DNA of 64,000 nt, from the NCBI RefSeq assembly GCF_006345805.1, contig NC_043001.1, positions 13,826,001 through 13,890,000 on the forward strand. The letters are read 5' to 3'. Below the pieces are notes generated by a model. The model searched no databases, was not told the DNA's origin, and was given only the letters and a program-made list of their open reading frames with translations. Shown here piece after piece: positions 50,575 through 63,279 of the stretch. The DNA comes from Octopus sinensis. Its lineage: Eukaryota. The position numbers were made by a program, and so were the translations under genes. The stretch's first letter is position 1; every line of letters begins with the position of its first letter.

Positions 50575-51331
50575 TATTATGATTATTATTATTACTATTA
50601 TTATTATTATTACTATTATTATTATTATTATTATCATCATCATCATTATTATTATTACTATTACTATTATTATTATTACTATTATTATTATTATTATTAT
50701 TATTACTACTATTATTATTATTATTATTATAATTATTATTACTATTATTATTATTGTTGTTATCTTTGTTGTTGTTGTTGTTGTTGTTGTTATTGTTATT
50801 ATTATTATTATCATTGAGTGAGAGAGCAGTGCATGCCATCAAATTGACACTGCAGTAAAATATACGAATCCCAGTATACCCATCATGACTACCCGTCTGA
50901 TAAGGTTTCACTAGGCACATGCATCACAACCATATGTGCGTGACATGGTGATCTCGTATCAAGATAAATAGCACATGACCTTGCAGGTGAGGCCCAGTTA
51001 GAATTTTCTTCTGGCCGAGTGACCCATCCTGCTCAAAAGGTCCCTGAGTAAGGGTTGTTTAAGGATGTTGAACGAACCACCCATGTTTCCAGAGGTGAAT
51101 TATCCAAACTCCAAAGAATTTCTTTCAACACATGACTATGATGCTCCCCTACTACTTCTGCTCATGATAAGAGATGCACATATCGTCAGCCACTAAGAGA
51201 CATGGTCAACTTGTTAAGGTCAAACAACTGACAAGCAAATCTGTGGTATTGAGCAGAATATTTGTTGTAGCCCATCTTTTATATCAAGACAAAACAATGT
51301 ACATGATAACACTTCCAAATTATTATTATTA

Positions 51332-51364
<33 letters not shown>

Positions 51365-51441
51365 GGAGAAGAAGGAGGAGGAGGAGAAGAAGAAGAGAAG
51401 AAGAAGAAGAAGAAGAAGAAGAAGAAGAAGAAGAAGAAGAA
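50520..51441. repeat. (TTA)n arrays (50520-50812, 51320-51363) plus (GAA)n, enclosing a ~500-bp unclassified interspersed sequence
   Basis: Direct inspection. Confidence 0.85.
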
Positions 51442-52016
51442 ACGTTCAGTAGTTGTTAGGAAATATAAAAAGGAAGCGGAAACTTGACATTTAGAGTTAG
51501 GATGGCTAAGTCGGTTTCTCGCTTGAATATTTGAATAACGAGTTGGAATTTAATTAGCGAATAACAGAAGAAAATTAAGAATCAAACTTCTGGGAGTGCT
51601 ACTTAGTATTAATTGAAGTCATTGGAGCCTGAATGAAGAAGAATGAGACGTGAGAATAGATGTTTGTATAAACGGAAATGACAGGTTAAGTGGTCTGGAT
51701 TAACTGAAAAGGTCACGTCAAAACACGCTTTCCTCTAAGATTTTGGATACAAATTTTCTGAGGAGAATATGTATTTACTCTTAAAATACTATTGGAGATC
51801 TCTAATTTACTATCATGTTGCATGGAGCCCGAAAGGTCTTATAAGGACCCACAGTGGCCATATGGGTCCCGGTTGAGAAACGCTGCCATAATATAAACGG
51901 TTTGTATTCGGTTGTACCTATCTCAGCTACGGTAAATGGTAAAAGACATAAATGATGGAGGCCAGAACATAAGCCTTTGATAGGTTTTTAATTGTAACAG
52001 AATACATTGCAATCAG

Positions 52017-52580
52017 TGCGCAGGAGTGGCTGTGTGGTAAGTAGCTTGCTAACCAACCACATGGTTCCGGGTTCAGTCCCACTGCGTGGCATCTTGGGCA
52101 AGTGTCTTCTGCTAGGGCCCCGGGCCAACCAATGCCTTGTGAGTGGATTTGGTAGACGGAAACTGAAAAGAAGCCCGTCGTATATATGTATATATAGGTG
52201 CAGGAGTGGCTGTGTGGTAAGTAGCTTGCTAACCAACAACATGGTTCCGGGTTCAGTCCCACTGCGTGGCATCTTGGGCAAGTGTCTTCTGCTATAGCCC
52301 CTTGCCGACCAATGCCTTGTGAGTGTATTTGGTAGACGGAAACTGAAAGAAGCCTGTCGTATATATGTATATATGTGTCTGTGTATGTGTTTGTGTGTCT
52401 GTGTTTGTCCCCCTAGCATTGCTTGACAACCTATTCCCGTCACTTAGCAGTTCGGCAAAATAGACCGATAGAATAAGTACTGGGCTTACAAAGAATAAGT
52501 CCCGGGGTCGATTTGCTCGACTAAAAGGCGGTGCTCCAGCATGGCCGCAATCAAATGACTGAAACAAGTAAAAGAGTAAA

Positions 52581-52583
<3 letters not shown>
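52017..52583 (+). mobile_element. SINE family A with tandemly duplicated 5' half
   Basis: 52020-52196 is near-identical to 52200-52370. Confidence 0.9.
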
Positions 52584-52613
<30 letters not shown>

Positions 52614-53271
52614 TCCTTTCATGCTTATTCGTTTGATCTTTCGTTTCCCCTATCTCACATTTCTCTACCTGCTCTTCTTGCTCACTTTCCCCGCCTCTTT
52701 TCCCTTCCCTGTGTCCCTGTCATTTTTTCTCGATCCTCCTTAATTCTTGTGTTCCTCTGCCTCTACCTCTCTCTCTCTCTCTCTTCTCTCCCCACGTGAC
52801 CGTTGTTCGGCCAAGCCTGACCTTTCTTTTTTTGGTTCGGCCGTCGTCCGTGCAACATCTCTATTTCTCCATGTGCCTGTGAAATCTTGTATCCCTGTCG
52901 TAAGGCACTACTTCCACACACGCCAGCTTAATTTAATTCGCCCTTGGTCGAAAGACATCTGTTGCTATGTCCTGTTATTTGTATTTGTGTATCTTTCTCC
53001 GTTTTTTACGTCCTTGTTTTCGTATACTTTCGCTGCTTTCTTCCAAGGAATCTAATGCTCTCAGTTTAGTTTTTCTTTGGAATTGACCAGTTTGGAGCAA
53101 TCTCGAGTATGACCTGCTGAAATTGCAAAGATAATCTGGAACTCAACTTAGGAAAGAAAACTCCGAATGACCCGTCTTTTTTTTTTTGTAACGTCAGAGG
53201 GATGTTTTGTTGTCCCTTTTTTGTATCACCTAACTGTCTGAATGTTTGCGTTCTTGTCCCATTTTGTAATT

Positions 53272-53320
<49 letters not shown>

Positions 53321-53431
53321 CATAATAATATACATATATATATACATATACATACATACATACACTACATACGTATATATATACATATATATATATACAT
53401 ATACATACATACATACACTACATACGTATAT

Positions 53432-53542
<111 letters not shown>

Positions 53543-54968
53543 CTTGTGTGTGTGTGTGTGCTTGTCTCTGTGTGTGTGTATACACTCACATGTGCATGAG
53601 TATGTAAGTTTTATTGCAAGATTTCTTGCCAATAGAGAAAGAGCCGTTTCTAACCAATTATGCATTTACTAATGAATTACTGCACGAAAATACAAAATAA
53701 GGCTCTTTCGTTGGAATTTCAATATCAACAGCGTATTTTTCTATGTATGTATATATGTAAGTATATGTGCAGATTTGTATATTTTGTTTTATGTATGTAT
53801 TCTCATGCATATATTTGCATATCTAGACATGCTCATATATATTTAAATAATAAATTACTGGAAAGATTTAAATATTTTTTACAGTTCCAGTGATGGATTG
53901 GATCTGTAGTCTTCGAATTAGCTTTCTCCTTTCTGGTCTTGAGAAGCCTAATTGCACGTATGTATGATGTATGGTCGTATGATGTATGATGTATGGTCGT
54001 GCACAGACACGCACAAGTTGAATAGTTTCAATGTATTCGCATGTAAATACATAATACATCTCATAGCTCTTAGTGTAATTGAAGAAAAACGGACGCTAGA
54101 CAAAGGTGTCGATGTGAGTTGAAAACTTAAAACGAATTAAAATAAAAACAAAGTTAAAAGGCAAAAGATAAGCAAATAATTCGTCTCTGGTAAATTAGAA
54201 ATAATGGCTTCGCGAAGCAAAATATTTTGTGACTTTTGAAGTAGAAGCACGTGAATAGGAACATATTCCCCGAGGAGAGCATTCAAATATCTATAAAAGG
54301 TGTAATTTTTCTTTTTTAATTTTACTCAAGTGCGAAATATTGTAAATGGTATGGGGCGGAAATTATGGACTTCGGACAAATTGATGGAGAAATGAAGCGA
54401 CAACGGAAATAGAATTGGCTTTCGGGGTTAGTGTATAATAAATGTCAAAATGTTTCCGCTGAAGTCAACTTTGACTCTTATCCTTTCGGAATTAATAAAA
54501 GTAAAGTGTTTGTCACGTGGTGAAGAAGATGACATTGATCAACCCCCTCCCCTTAAAATTTCTCGCTTTGTGCACGACATTTATTGTATCTCTTGCTTGT
54601 TTCAGTCATTGGACTGCAGACATGCTACGGAACCGACTTCAGGTGTTTAGTCGAACAAATTTGTGCATATTTGAAAGCCTGGTACTTATTGTATGTCATC
54701 AATGCCGAAAAGCTAAGTAACATTAACGTAAACAAACCAACATCGGTTGCAAAACGTTGGTAGGAAACAAACAGAAGCACATGCATATGTATATATATGT
54801 CTTAGGCCAACAGGTCTTGGAGTCTGACGATATACCATAAAGTTCAACCCTTTATGAACGGGAAACCCAGAGTAACCCATAGACAGGCTTTCCCCAGTAA
54901 CAAACATCGCTCTACTTCTTAAATTGTGCTTCTTCTCGTATTTATGTTTTGTAAAAGCGAGACATATA

Positions 54969-55018
<50 letters not shown>

Positions 55019-55747
55019 ATATATATGATAGGCCTGCTTAAATTTTCATCTACAAAATCGCCGCGCATATCTTTGGTCGGCCAGGGTCTATAATAAAAGA
55101 CACTTTCCCATGATGCCACGCAGTAGGACTGAACCTGGAACCATGCGGCTTGAAGCAAACTTCTTTCCAGACAGCCTTGCCTGTGCATATATAAATGTTG
55201 GAGTTCAACTCTATCATAAGGGCTGGCAGCGGTACCACAAATGCTTGCCCTTTCGCTTCTACTTTTCGCGCCTGGACCAATTCGACTCACCTTAGAGAAC
55301 CTGCTCTTGATGAACAGACTAGCCAGTACCGTTGTGATGCCGAATTTAGCGCGGACACGGGTTCACCAAGGCAGACCGACAACTAGGTGTGTTATCCTCA
55401 AACCCACTAACCACCCACTAAACTAAGCCCCCAGGTAGCCGTATCACAGGAACACACCACACTTCCCAGTCATCACTAATTTACTTAATCATCTCCGTGC
55501 TGGGGCACTAACATGACCTGATTATTGGAAAAAATTGTACATATATTATTTGTTTTGTTTGTACATCTACATTTTTTGTCATTGTTTTCGTCATACTCCT
55601 GTACGTTCATTCTCTATTTCCTGTAGTTGGTCGCCGCTGGCGCCCCCAAAATTTCATAATATCATGGTTAAAGGCGTGAAATAGTTATGATTTTTCGAAC
55701 AATGACTGATGAGGGAGTAGCAACGTCTTGTATGTGAGTTTTCCGTT

Positions 55748-55837
<90 letters not shown>

Positions 55838-56871
55838 TCTTTTACTCTTTAATCTTTTACTTATTTCAGTCATTTGACAGTGGCCATGCTGGAGCACAGC
55901 CTTTAGTAAAGCAAATCGACCCCAGAACTTATTCTTTGTAAGGCTAGTACTTATTCTATTGGCCTCTTTTGCCGAACCGCTAGGTTACGGGGACGTAAAC
56001 ACACCAGCATCCGTTGTCAAGCGATGTTGGAGGAACAAACACAGACACACAAACACATATACACCTACATATATACATATATACGACGGGCTTCTTTCAG
56101 TTTCCGTCTACCAAATCCACTCACAAGGCCCGAGGCTATAGCAGATGACACTTGCAGAAGGTCCCACGCAGTGGGACTGAACCCAGAACCATGTGGTTTG
56201 TAAGCAAGCTACTTACCACACAGCCACTCCTATATATATATATGTATGTATGTATATATATAGAGAGAGGGGAGAAGGAGAGACAACGAAGAGCTTCCAC
56301 ACAATTTTCCTCTACCAAATTTAGTTACAAAGCAACGGTTAACCAGAAGCGATAAAAGACACTCTCCCAAGAGCCGGCATCTATTTAAACAATAATTTAA
56401 AAAGGAACTAAACGTTGTAAGTAAAAAACCAAGTTAGTAAAAGGTTAAACACGTTTTGAAAAGGTGCTACTTTAAACAAGAACAGGCCTGTCGTTTGACT
56501 TTGCTGCCTGGGGAACTTCAAATGAGTACCTTCGCATGCAGTAAACAACTTTGGGCTATGCGCAGATATTTATATTTATAAACAACTTCTAAAACACAAT
56601 TTCACTTCACTAATCTCTCCGTTCACGTCAGCTACAGCCAAAAGGCTCTAATTACTGAATGAGTACACATACGGAGTTTCCTTTCTAATTTTCTACTGCA
56701 TCCGTACAGTCAGACATTACTGACGCACCATCATGCGCTGAGATAAAATGTCTTCCGGCTTTATCCAGCATCTTCATTACTTTGAATAATTGTATAAGCC
56801 AAACTTTCGGCCGTAGAGACTCTGCTCACAGTTGAAGCGATAAAACTTTCTGAGGCGATCCCACCTTTCTA

Positions 56872-57437
56872 TTGGGTTGTCCGGAAAGTTCATGCCGATT
56901 TATAATAGTTTACCTTTCGACTTATTTTAGAACATGTTTGAGTCCATATAATAGGATTTGACTACATCTCCATTTAGGGCACAGTTTAAGCTATCTTTTC
57001 GTGGAAGAAGGTTTATGTTCCTATAACCTGTGTTAATTTTGTAACCCTTTAAAATGGAAGATAAGAAAGTTCATTTTCGGCACTGGTTGCTTTGGGAACC
57101 TGACAAAAATTGCTGTAGCTCAGCTGGGATGTGTTACCCCACCCTCCATATTCACCAGATATTGTTCCTTCGGATATCCACTTATTCAGGTCTCTGCAGA
57201 ATAGTATTAATGGTAAAAATTTCAATTCATTGGATGACGTAAAAAGATTCCTTGATGAATTCTTTGCTATGAAACCACCTCAATTCTGGGAGGAAGGTAT
57301 TTTCAAGTTAAAGGAAAGATGGAGACGCATTGTGCAAGAAAATGATTCATATTTAGTTGATTAAAAATGTAATGGCAAGTATTTATTGACCTTTTTCTTT
57401 CTTTTAAAAATCGGCACGAACTTTCAGGACAACCCAA
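56872..57437 (+). mobile_element. Internally deleted mariner retaining the transposase C-terminus
   Basis: TIR ttgggttgtccggaaagttc.tgccgattt with TA TSD; MEDKKVHFRH joined to HPPYSPDIVPSDIHLFRSLQN...GIFKLKERWRRIV. Confidence 0.95.
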
Positions 57438-57439
57438 TA

Positions 57440-57700
57440 CAAACTTCACATCCATTGAAATGTTTTCAGTATTAGTCAGATCGCAAGTTCCATCACATTT
57501 AATTGCAAAGAAAGGGATATCTGCGTGACTAATAACATCACTCATGCGATTCAAAACAACATTTTTCATAAGTTGGGTCAATTCATTTTGCATCATAACA
57601 GATGTGTACGATGCATTTTAGCGGGTGGTGGGATACCATCGAGAATATTACTTTCAATTTGGAATCTTTTCTTACTGTAAAAAAAACCGTAAAACTAGTT
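57440..57700 (-). pseudogene. hAT (ZMYM1-like) transposase fragment interrupted by the mariner
   Basis: QNELTQLM...FFAIKCDGTCDLTNTENISMDVKFV resembles the QNELI...FSI.ADET.D....EQ.S..VRFV motif. Confidence 0.6.
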
Positions 57701-57751
57701 AAGAAACTTAATTTTCATTATCTTTGTCAAGACAGGTGATATTATTATAGT

Positions 57752-58141
57752 TGTGGAGGCGCAATGGCCCAATGGTTAGGGCAGCGGACTCGCGGTCATA
57801 GGATCGCGGTTTCGATTCCCAGACCGGGCGTTGTGAGTGTTTATTGAGCGAAAACACCTAAAGCTCCACGAGGCTCCGGCAGAGGATGGTGGTGATCCCT
57901 GCTGTACTCTTTCACCACAACTTTCTCTCACTCTTACTTACTGTTTCTGTTGTACCTGTATTTCAAGGGGCCGGCCTTGTCACTCTCTGTGTCACGCTGA
58001 ATATCCCCGAGAACTACGTTATGGGTGCACGTGTCTGTGAAGTGCTCAGCTACTTACATGTTAATTTCACGAGCAGGCTGTTCCGTTGATTCGGATCAAC
58101 CGGAACCCTCATCGTCGTAACCGACGGAGTGCTTCCATCCA
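57752..58141 (+). mobile_element. SINE family C, full length
   Basis: tRNA-like head gtggaggcgcaatggcccaatggttagggcagcggactcgcgg...ttcgattcc. Confidence 0.85.
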
Positions 58142-58764
58142 ATCCAGCTTCGAATTATGTGAGAAGGATACTGAATGGTAGTATGGTCACAATGGTATTC
58201 GAGTTGTAGGGGTTCTGTCACAGTATAAATATAAGAAAATATACAAGTAGAAGGGTACACACAAGTGTACAAAAATTTACCGACAATATAGAAGAAATAT
58301 AATCTGATAAGGAGAAGAGTGTGTGTATGTTCAGTCATACGTGTGTAGAGACATATTTACGCATGAGATACAGGAATTCTTGTAGATATACGATTAAGGC
58401 GCAGGAGTGCGTAACCGACGGAGTGCTTCCATCCATTATTATAGTAATTACGCCAATGCTCAAGTTAATTAACTTATTAAAACTGAATCACTTCTTCAAA
58501 AGATTGTAAATAATACCCATTATTTATTACTTATTTGTTTTTCGTTGACCTTTGATCCCCATTGTAAATACATTGATTACTTGTTCTGCGTTTCTGCCCC
58601 TCCGAATTTTCATAACATTTTTATGTGCGACAGAATTCTCATGCTTACTAAAAAAAGAACCTTTGTTTTTTGACAAAGCATTTTTTGACAGCATTCTGCG
58701 ATGTACAAAAATGACAACAGTAAAAGAAAGCTGCCTTAGAATTCTTACCAAGGTCTGGCATTGA

Positions 58765-59565
58765 GGTGGAGGGCAGAGCTCCACGTTGTTACAAGTGTGG
58801 CCTGAGGGGTCACATAAGAGCCTTCTGCCCTCCCCCAGGGAAAGAAATGGATTCCGAACCACAAAGAGAGAAGCAGAAACCAGAGGAGAAGGAGACAGTA
58901 GAAGAAGAAGAGAATACACAGAAATGGAAGGAAGCTGGAAATAAGAGGAAGAGAAGAATACGAGGAAAAGAAAATAACATGGAACACCAATCTACCCCAA
59001 AACCACCCACACCCTCTGAGTCCCACCCTATCCCTGCAAACAGTGAACCCACCCGCTCCCCCCCCCCAACAAGAAAACAAAAGAAAAAAAATAATACAGA
59101 CAGACAAGAGATTGAATTCGATATCAGGCCGTACATTTGTACTATGACTGAACAGAAAGAAGTTAAAAGTCTAATGGAAGAGTATAAATGGTATGAAGTT
59201 GGTGAGACTAGGTATGCTGTGTTTGAAAAGAAGAACATAGATGAGTTTATGGTGAGGTGTGAAAGGGAGAATTGGGAGGTGAAGGATATAAGAATGAGCG
59301 ATGAATTCGTGGAAAATATGGATGAGTATTTCGGAGTAAGAATGGATATGGAATTTATTCGTATTGGCAAAGAACATTCAAGTGACGATGAAAAACAAAG
59401 GACAGGTAAGTGATGCTAACGGATGGGGCCGTTGGTATCGCTTTCATATAATCATTTTTTTCACTTAACAATTCATTTTTCATAAATTTTAATTATAATG
59501 TTCTATGTCCCCATGTCTTGTGGTGTCCCCCTCTGTGTCGCCCCCTGGTGGGTAATAAAGAATCA
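58765..59565 (+). mobile_element. 5'-truncated ORF1-only non-LTR retroelement with 16-bp TSD
   Basis: caaggtctggcattga at 58749-58764 and 59566-59581; 3' end resembles the SINE B tail. Confidence 0.85.
58766..59413 (+). CDS. Gag-like ORF1 C-terminal part with CCHC zinc knuckle (5'-truncated)
   Basis: CYKCGLRGHIRAFC followed by charged/basic and Pro-rich segments; open from the first bases of the insertion. Confidence 0.75.
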   Translation: MEGRAPRCYKCGLRGHIRAFCPPPGKEMDSEPQREKQKPEEKETVEEEENTQKWKEAGNKRKRRIRGKENNMEHQSTPKPPTPSESHPIPANSEPTRSPPPTRKQKKKNNTDRQEIEFDIRPYICTMTEQKEVKSLMEEYKWYEVGETRYAVFEKKNIDEFMVRCERENWEVKDIRMSDEFVENMDEYFGVRMDMEFIRIGKEHSSDDEKQRTGK

Positions 59566-60253
59566 CAAGGTCTGGCATTGAACTACGAAGCACAAAAAAT
59601 GTCTCGGTTCTTTTACTGTATGGTTTGTGATAATTTTCGTTGACATGACATCATATTTAATCCAATTAATTCAAGATTTGGGAAACACATCAAGTTCTGC
59701 AGACTGCATAATATCAGCTGGTAAAGAAGTTAAAGAATGGCATAATGTTGCAGATTCAATTAAATGTGGTTTATTTGAAATAGAAGAAATCTACTCGGTC
59801 TCGTCATTTTCGCAGAATTTGGAAGTTTAAGAATTTCCAACCGAAAGCATTGACAAGATTGATTTTCGTCGTTTTATTCCTTTTTAATTTCATCAAAATA
59901 CAACTATCATTGCTTTCTAATTTGAATAAAATGCAATTATTTTAGAGCAAGGACACTAAAAATGATTTTAAAGAAAAGCAAACTCCCAAGAGTTAACATT
60001 TTCAAAACTAGAATGTTCAGGAATTTTCTCTAAGACTAGACGAAATGTCTTGTTGCGACTCAGTATTTTTAAGCTGTATGATGATTCCGATCGGGGAGAT
60101 AACACTATAATTCAAGTAGTGACGGCAAAATACCATGATGGAAAATCTGAAGAACTTTTTAGCTTTTTCGGTGACAGGTGAAGAAAAGAAGTCAAATTCT
60201 CATTACTAGCGGAACGGGTTTCTAAGTGAAAGCAATCAATTTCTAATTCTCTC

Positions 60254-60314
<61 letters not shown>

Positions 60315-60491
60315 CACCGTGATCACCGTGACCGACCAGGCTATCAGATGTTGTTACACACCGCTGGTCACAACGCGCTTCGTTTAGCCTTCAATGACGC
60401 CACCCTGCCGGCTAAGCGAGCAAGGCCAACAGAAGAAAGAGTGTGGCGAAAGAGTACAGCAGGGATCGCAACCACTGGGCCATTGCGCCTC

Positions 60492-60526
<35 letters not shown>

Positions 60527-61020
60527 TATATATATATTATATATATATATATATAATATATATATTATATATATATATAATATATATATATATACATAAA
60601 TACATACATAAATACATACATACATAGACGGATAGATACATACATACATAGATAGACAGATAGATAGATACATACATAGATAGATTAGGTTGATAGAAAG
60701 ATGTGTGTGTATCAGCGTTTGTAGTTGTGTGTGCGTGTGTCTTCACATACATATATGTGTGTGTTTGTGTGTGTGTACATACATATACCCAGTCGTGTGA
60801 CAGTGCAGAATGGTGTTCCTGTTTGTGGAGTAGATAAGTAACATCCGGTTTCTTTTCTCTGCTGAGTTTGATTGAGTATTTTTTCATGAAATGTTAACAT
60901 GATCATTATATGTTCTAAATGGCGCCAATATGAACAGCAAACCCCTATTCATATGTCCGTGTGTGTCTTTAAATCTTGCAAAAGATGTTTGACATTGTCA
61001 CATTCTTTGAAGGAAGAAAT

Positions 61021-61570
61021 TCTATAAACTGTTAATAGTTATTGCCAAGCTAATATGGCAGTCCAGAAATATAGGACGAATGCTGCCGTCGATTAGCTCC
61101 AAGAGGCCATTGCCTCTAGCTAGATATGTGACACACGAACCTGTGTCCATTATAACCTTCGAACAGGGGAGGTCAGTAGCTTCCCCTTCCTGGTCAGGCA
61201 CCTGCAGACTAGTTTCAGGGTATTTGCCCTTTATCAATGCAGAGCAGCCGAACCCAACAGGCGTCGCTACTAACCGTCTGTTCGAAATATTATGTACCTA
61301 AATTCCACGGAATACCTGGTTTTCAAAAAAAGAAACATTTATATATCTAAGCTTCTCTAAAGGAGACTACTGGATATTAATAGTTATCTCCAATCTAATA
61401 TGGCGGTCCAGAAATATAGGACGAATGCTGCCGTTGATTAGCTCCAAGAGGCCATCGCCTCTAGCTCGCTATGTGACACACGAACCTGTGTCCATTATAG
61501 CTTTCGAACAAGGGAGGTCAGCCATCCTTTACAGAGAATTAGAAATATTAATATTTCTATTCTATAAACT
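61021..61570 (-). mobile_element. Partial tandem pLTR-type repeat with hammerhead
   Basis: 61032-61156 repeated at 61377-61521; hammerhead motif between the copies. Confidence 0.65.
61202..61242 (-). ncRNA. Minimal type I hammerhead motif, U3-A8 core variant
   Basis: ctgca-TTGATAA-aggg caaata ccct-GAAAC-ta-GTC-tgcag. Confidence 0.75.
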
Positions 61571-61751
61571 ATTAACCATCTAAAAAAAAACAATGTTTTG
61601 AAAAGCAAAATGACTCAAAGACTTTGTGAGCAAGCGTTTTACTTATTCGAATTTCCAAAAATGTGTGTTGGAAAAGAGATCAGTGAAAACACACAAACGA
61701 CGAAATATTCATTGAAAAATTTCGTGTCAGTCTGTTTTCTTTTCTAAAATA

Positions 61752-62324
61752 TTGGGTCGTCCGGAAAGTTCGTGTCGATTTCTATAGGAAGGAAAAAGGT
61801 CAATAAATACTTGCCATTACCCAAGTTATACCAGGTGCTCATGAACGACGGATTTTGATAGGTTGAGGCTTTCTGCCAATTCTCGGGTTGTGCAATGTGG
61901 GTTACTCGCAAATAATGACTTGATTTGGTCTTCATCTGTAGTGGATGGTCTGCCTGATCGGTCTTTATCAATAAGGCTACAATCTCCAGCTCGGAACCTT
62001 GCGAACCACTTCCGTACAGTTCTTTCGGATAAAGAAACATCACCGTAAACTGCGCATATTTCTTTGGTTGCTTGTGAGGCATTTTTCCCTTTATGGAAAA
62101 AGAAAAGCATCAAGTGCCGAAAATGACTTTCTTATCTTCCATTTTAAAGGGTTACAGAATTAACACAGGTTATAGGAACAGAAACCTTCTTCCACGAAAA
62201 GATAGCTTAACCTGTGCTCTAAATGGAGGTGCAGTCAAATCCTATTTTATGGACTAAAACATTTTCTAAAAGAAGTCGAAAGGTAAGCTACTATAAATCG
62301 GCACGAACTTTCCGGACAACCCAA
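61752..62324 (-). mobile_element. Internally deleted mariner retaining the N-terminal HTH domains
   Basis: Same TIRs and 5' region as 56872-57437; KGKNASQATKEICAVYG...TVRKWFARFRAGD...RSGRPS...TTRELAESL. Confidence 0.95.
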
Positions 62325-62373
62325 TTGTTGATAATTTCTAACAAACACCGTCTTCAAATGTATACGAGTATAT

Positions 62374-62568
62374 AGAGAGTGCTTAAAAGTTCCTGGTTAT
62401 AAGAACATTGCGAAAGGCTTTCCGAAATCTTTTGCAGGGCTAAGGAAAACTGAAGGGCGTCTGTAATAAGTATGTGAATCTCAGAGAGGAACATGTTGAA
62501 TAAAATAGTAATTAACTAATCCGTCTGTATATCTTTACCCAAAGCCAGGACATCTTCAGCACCCCCTC
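62374..62568. mobile_element. Mariner-type MITE, diverged
   Basis: gagagtgcttaaaagttcctgg ... ccaggacatcttcagcaccccctc inverted ends. Confidence 0.55.
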
Positions 62569-62577
62569 AAAACCACA

Positions 62578-62610
<33 letters not shown>

Positions 62611-62612
<2 letters not shown>

Positions 62613-62857
62613 ACCATCATCAGTATCTAACTCCTTACAAACTTTGTAGACGAAAGATCTGGCAGCTTTTAAAAGTCGAGATATTTCTAAATCGCTATAC
62701 TCAGCTTTTATAACCACAATAACAGCATGTCTCTTCATTCCTTGAGTAAGCTGAGGGTCTGCCATTATTGTTTTCTGAAACAAAGATTATACGGAGTTAG
62801 CAAAAAATGCAGCTTTGACCCCAAAATGTATGTCCTCAAATATTTTACGCACCTGTA

Positions 62858-62860
<3 letters not shown>
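62611..62860 (-). mobile_element. Tc1/maT-like transposon 5' fragment
   Basis: MKRHAVIVVIKAEYSDLEISRLLKAARSFVYKVCKEL HTH-like peptide; candidate end TA-caggtgcgtaaaatat. Confidence 0.5.
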
Positions 62861-62939
<79 letters not shown>

Positions 62940-63179
62940 GTATATATATATATATGGTGCGTAAGGTATTTGAAGATATATATATATATAAATATACTAA
63001 GCAATAAAGGGTTTAGCAACGAATTGCCTTACCACATACCGAATTTAGAAATAGCAGTCAAAGAGTTATAGCTATTCTTCTACTAAAAAGGGAGATCTCA
63101 GTAAAAACAGCTTGGAAGGCAGACACAAACAGGTAAGAGAGAATGAATTGACGGCAATCTATCATACAATTTTAAGTTA

Positions 63180-63279
63180 TCTACGGACGCACGTTTCGAA
63201 ATCAAGTTTTTAGGAAAGCATAAGAATTAAATATTAAATAATTCTACCTTACCAAAACTTCTTTTCTCTTCAGCGTAGA
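63180..63279 (-). ncRNA. Type I hammerhead ribozyme with long stem II, within a (TA)n-flanked PLE-type fragment (~62993-63497)
   Basis: tctacg-CTGAAGA-gaaa...tttc-GAAAC-gtgc-GTC-cgtaga; 6-bp perfect stem I. Confidence 0.8.

Noticed and set aside
50417-50920. Poly-Asn and poly-Ile ORFs
   Set aside because: (TTA)n array
57752-57830. tRNA-like sequences (also near 4390-4457, 43788-43865, 52020-52090)
   Set aside because: These are SINE heads with Pol III boxes continuous with SINE bodies, not stand-alone tRNA genes
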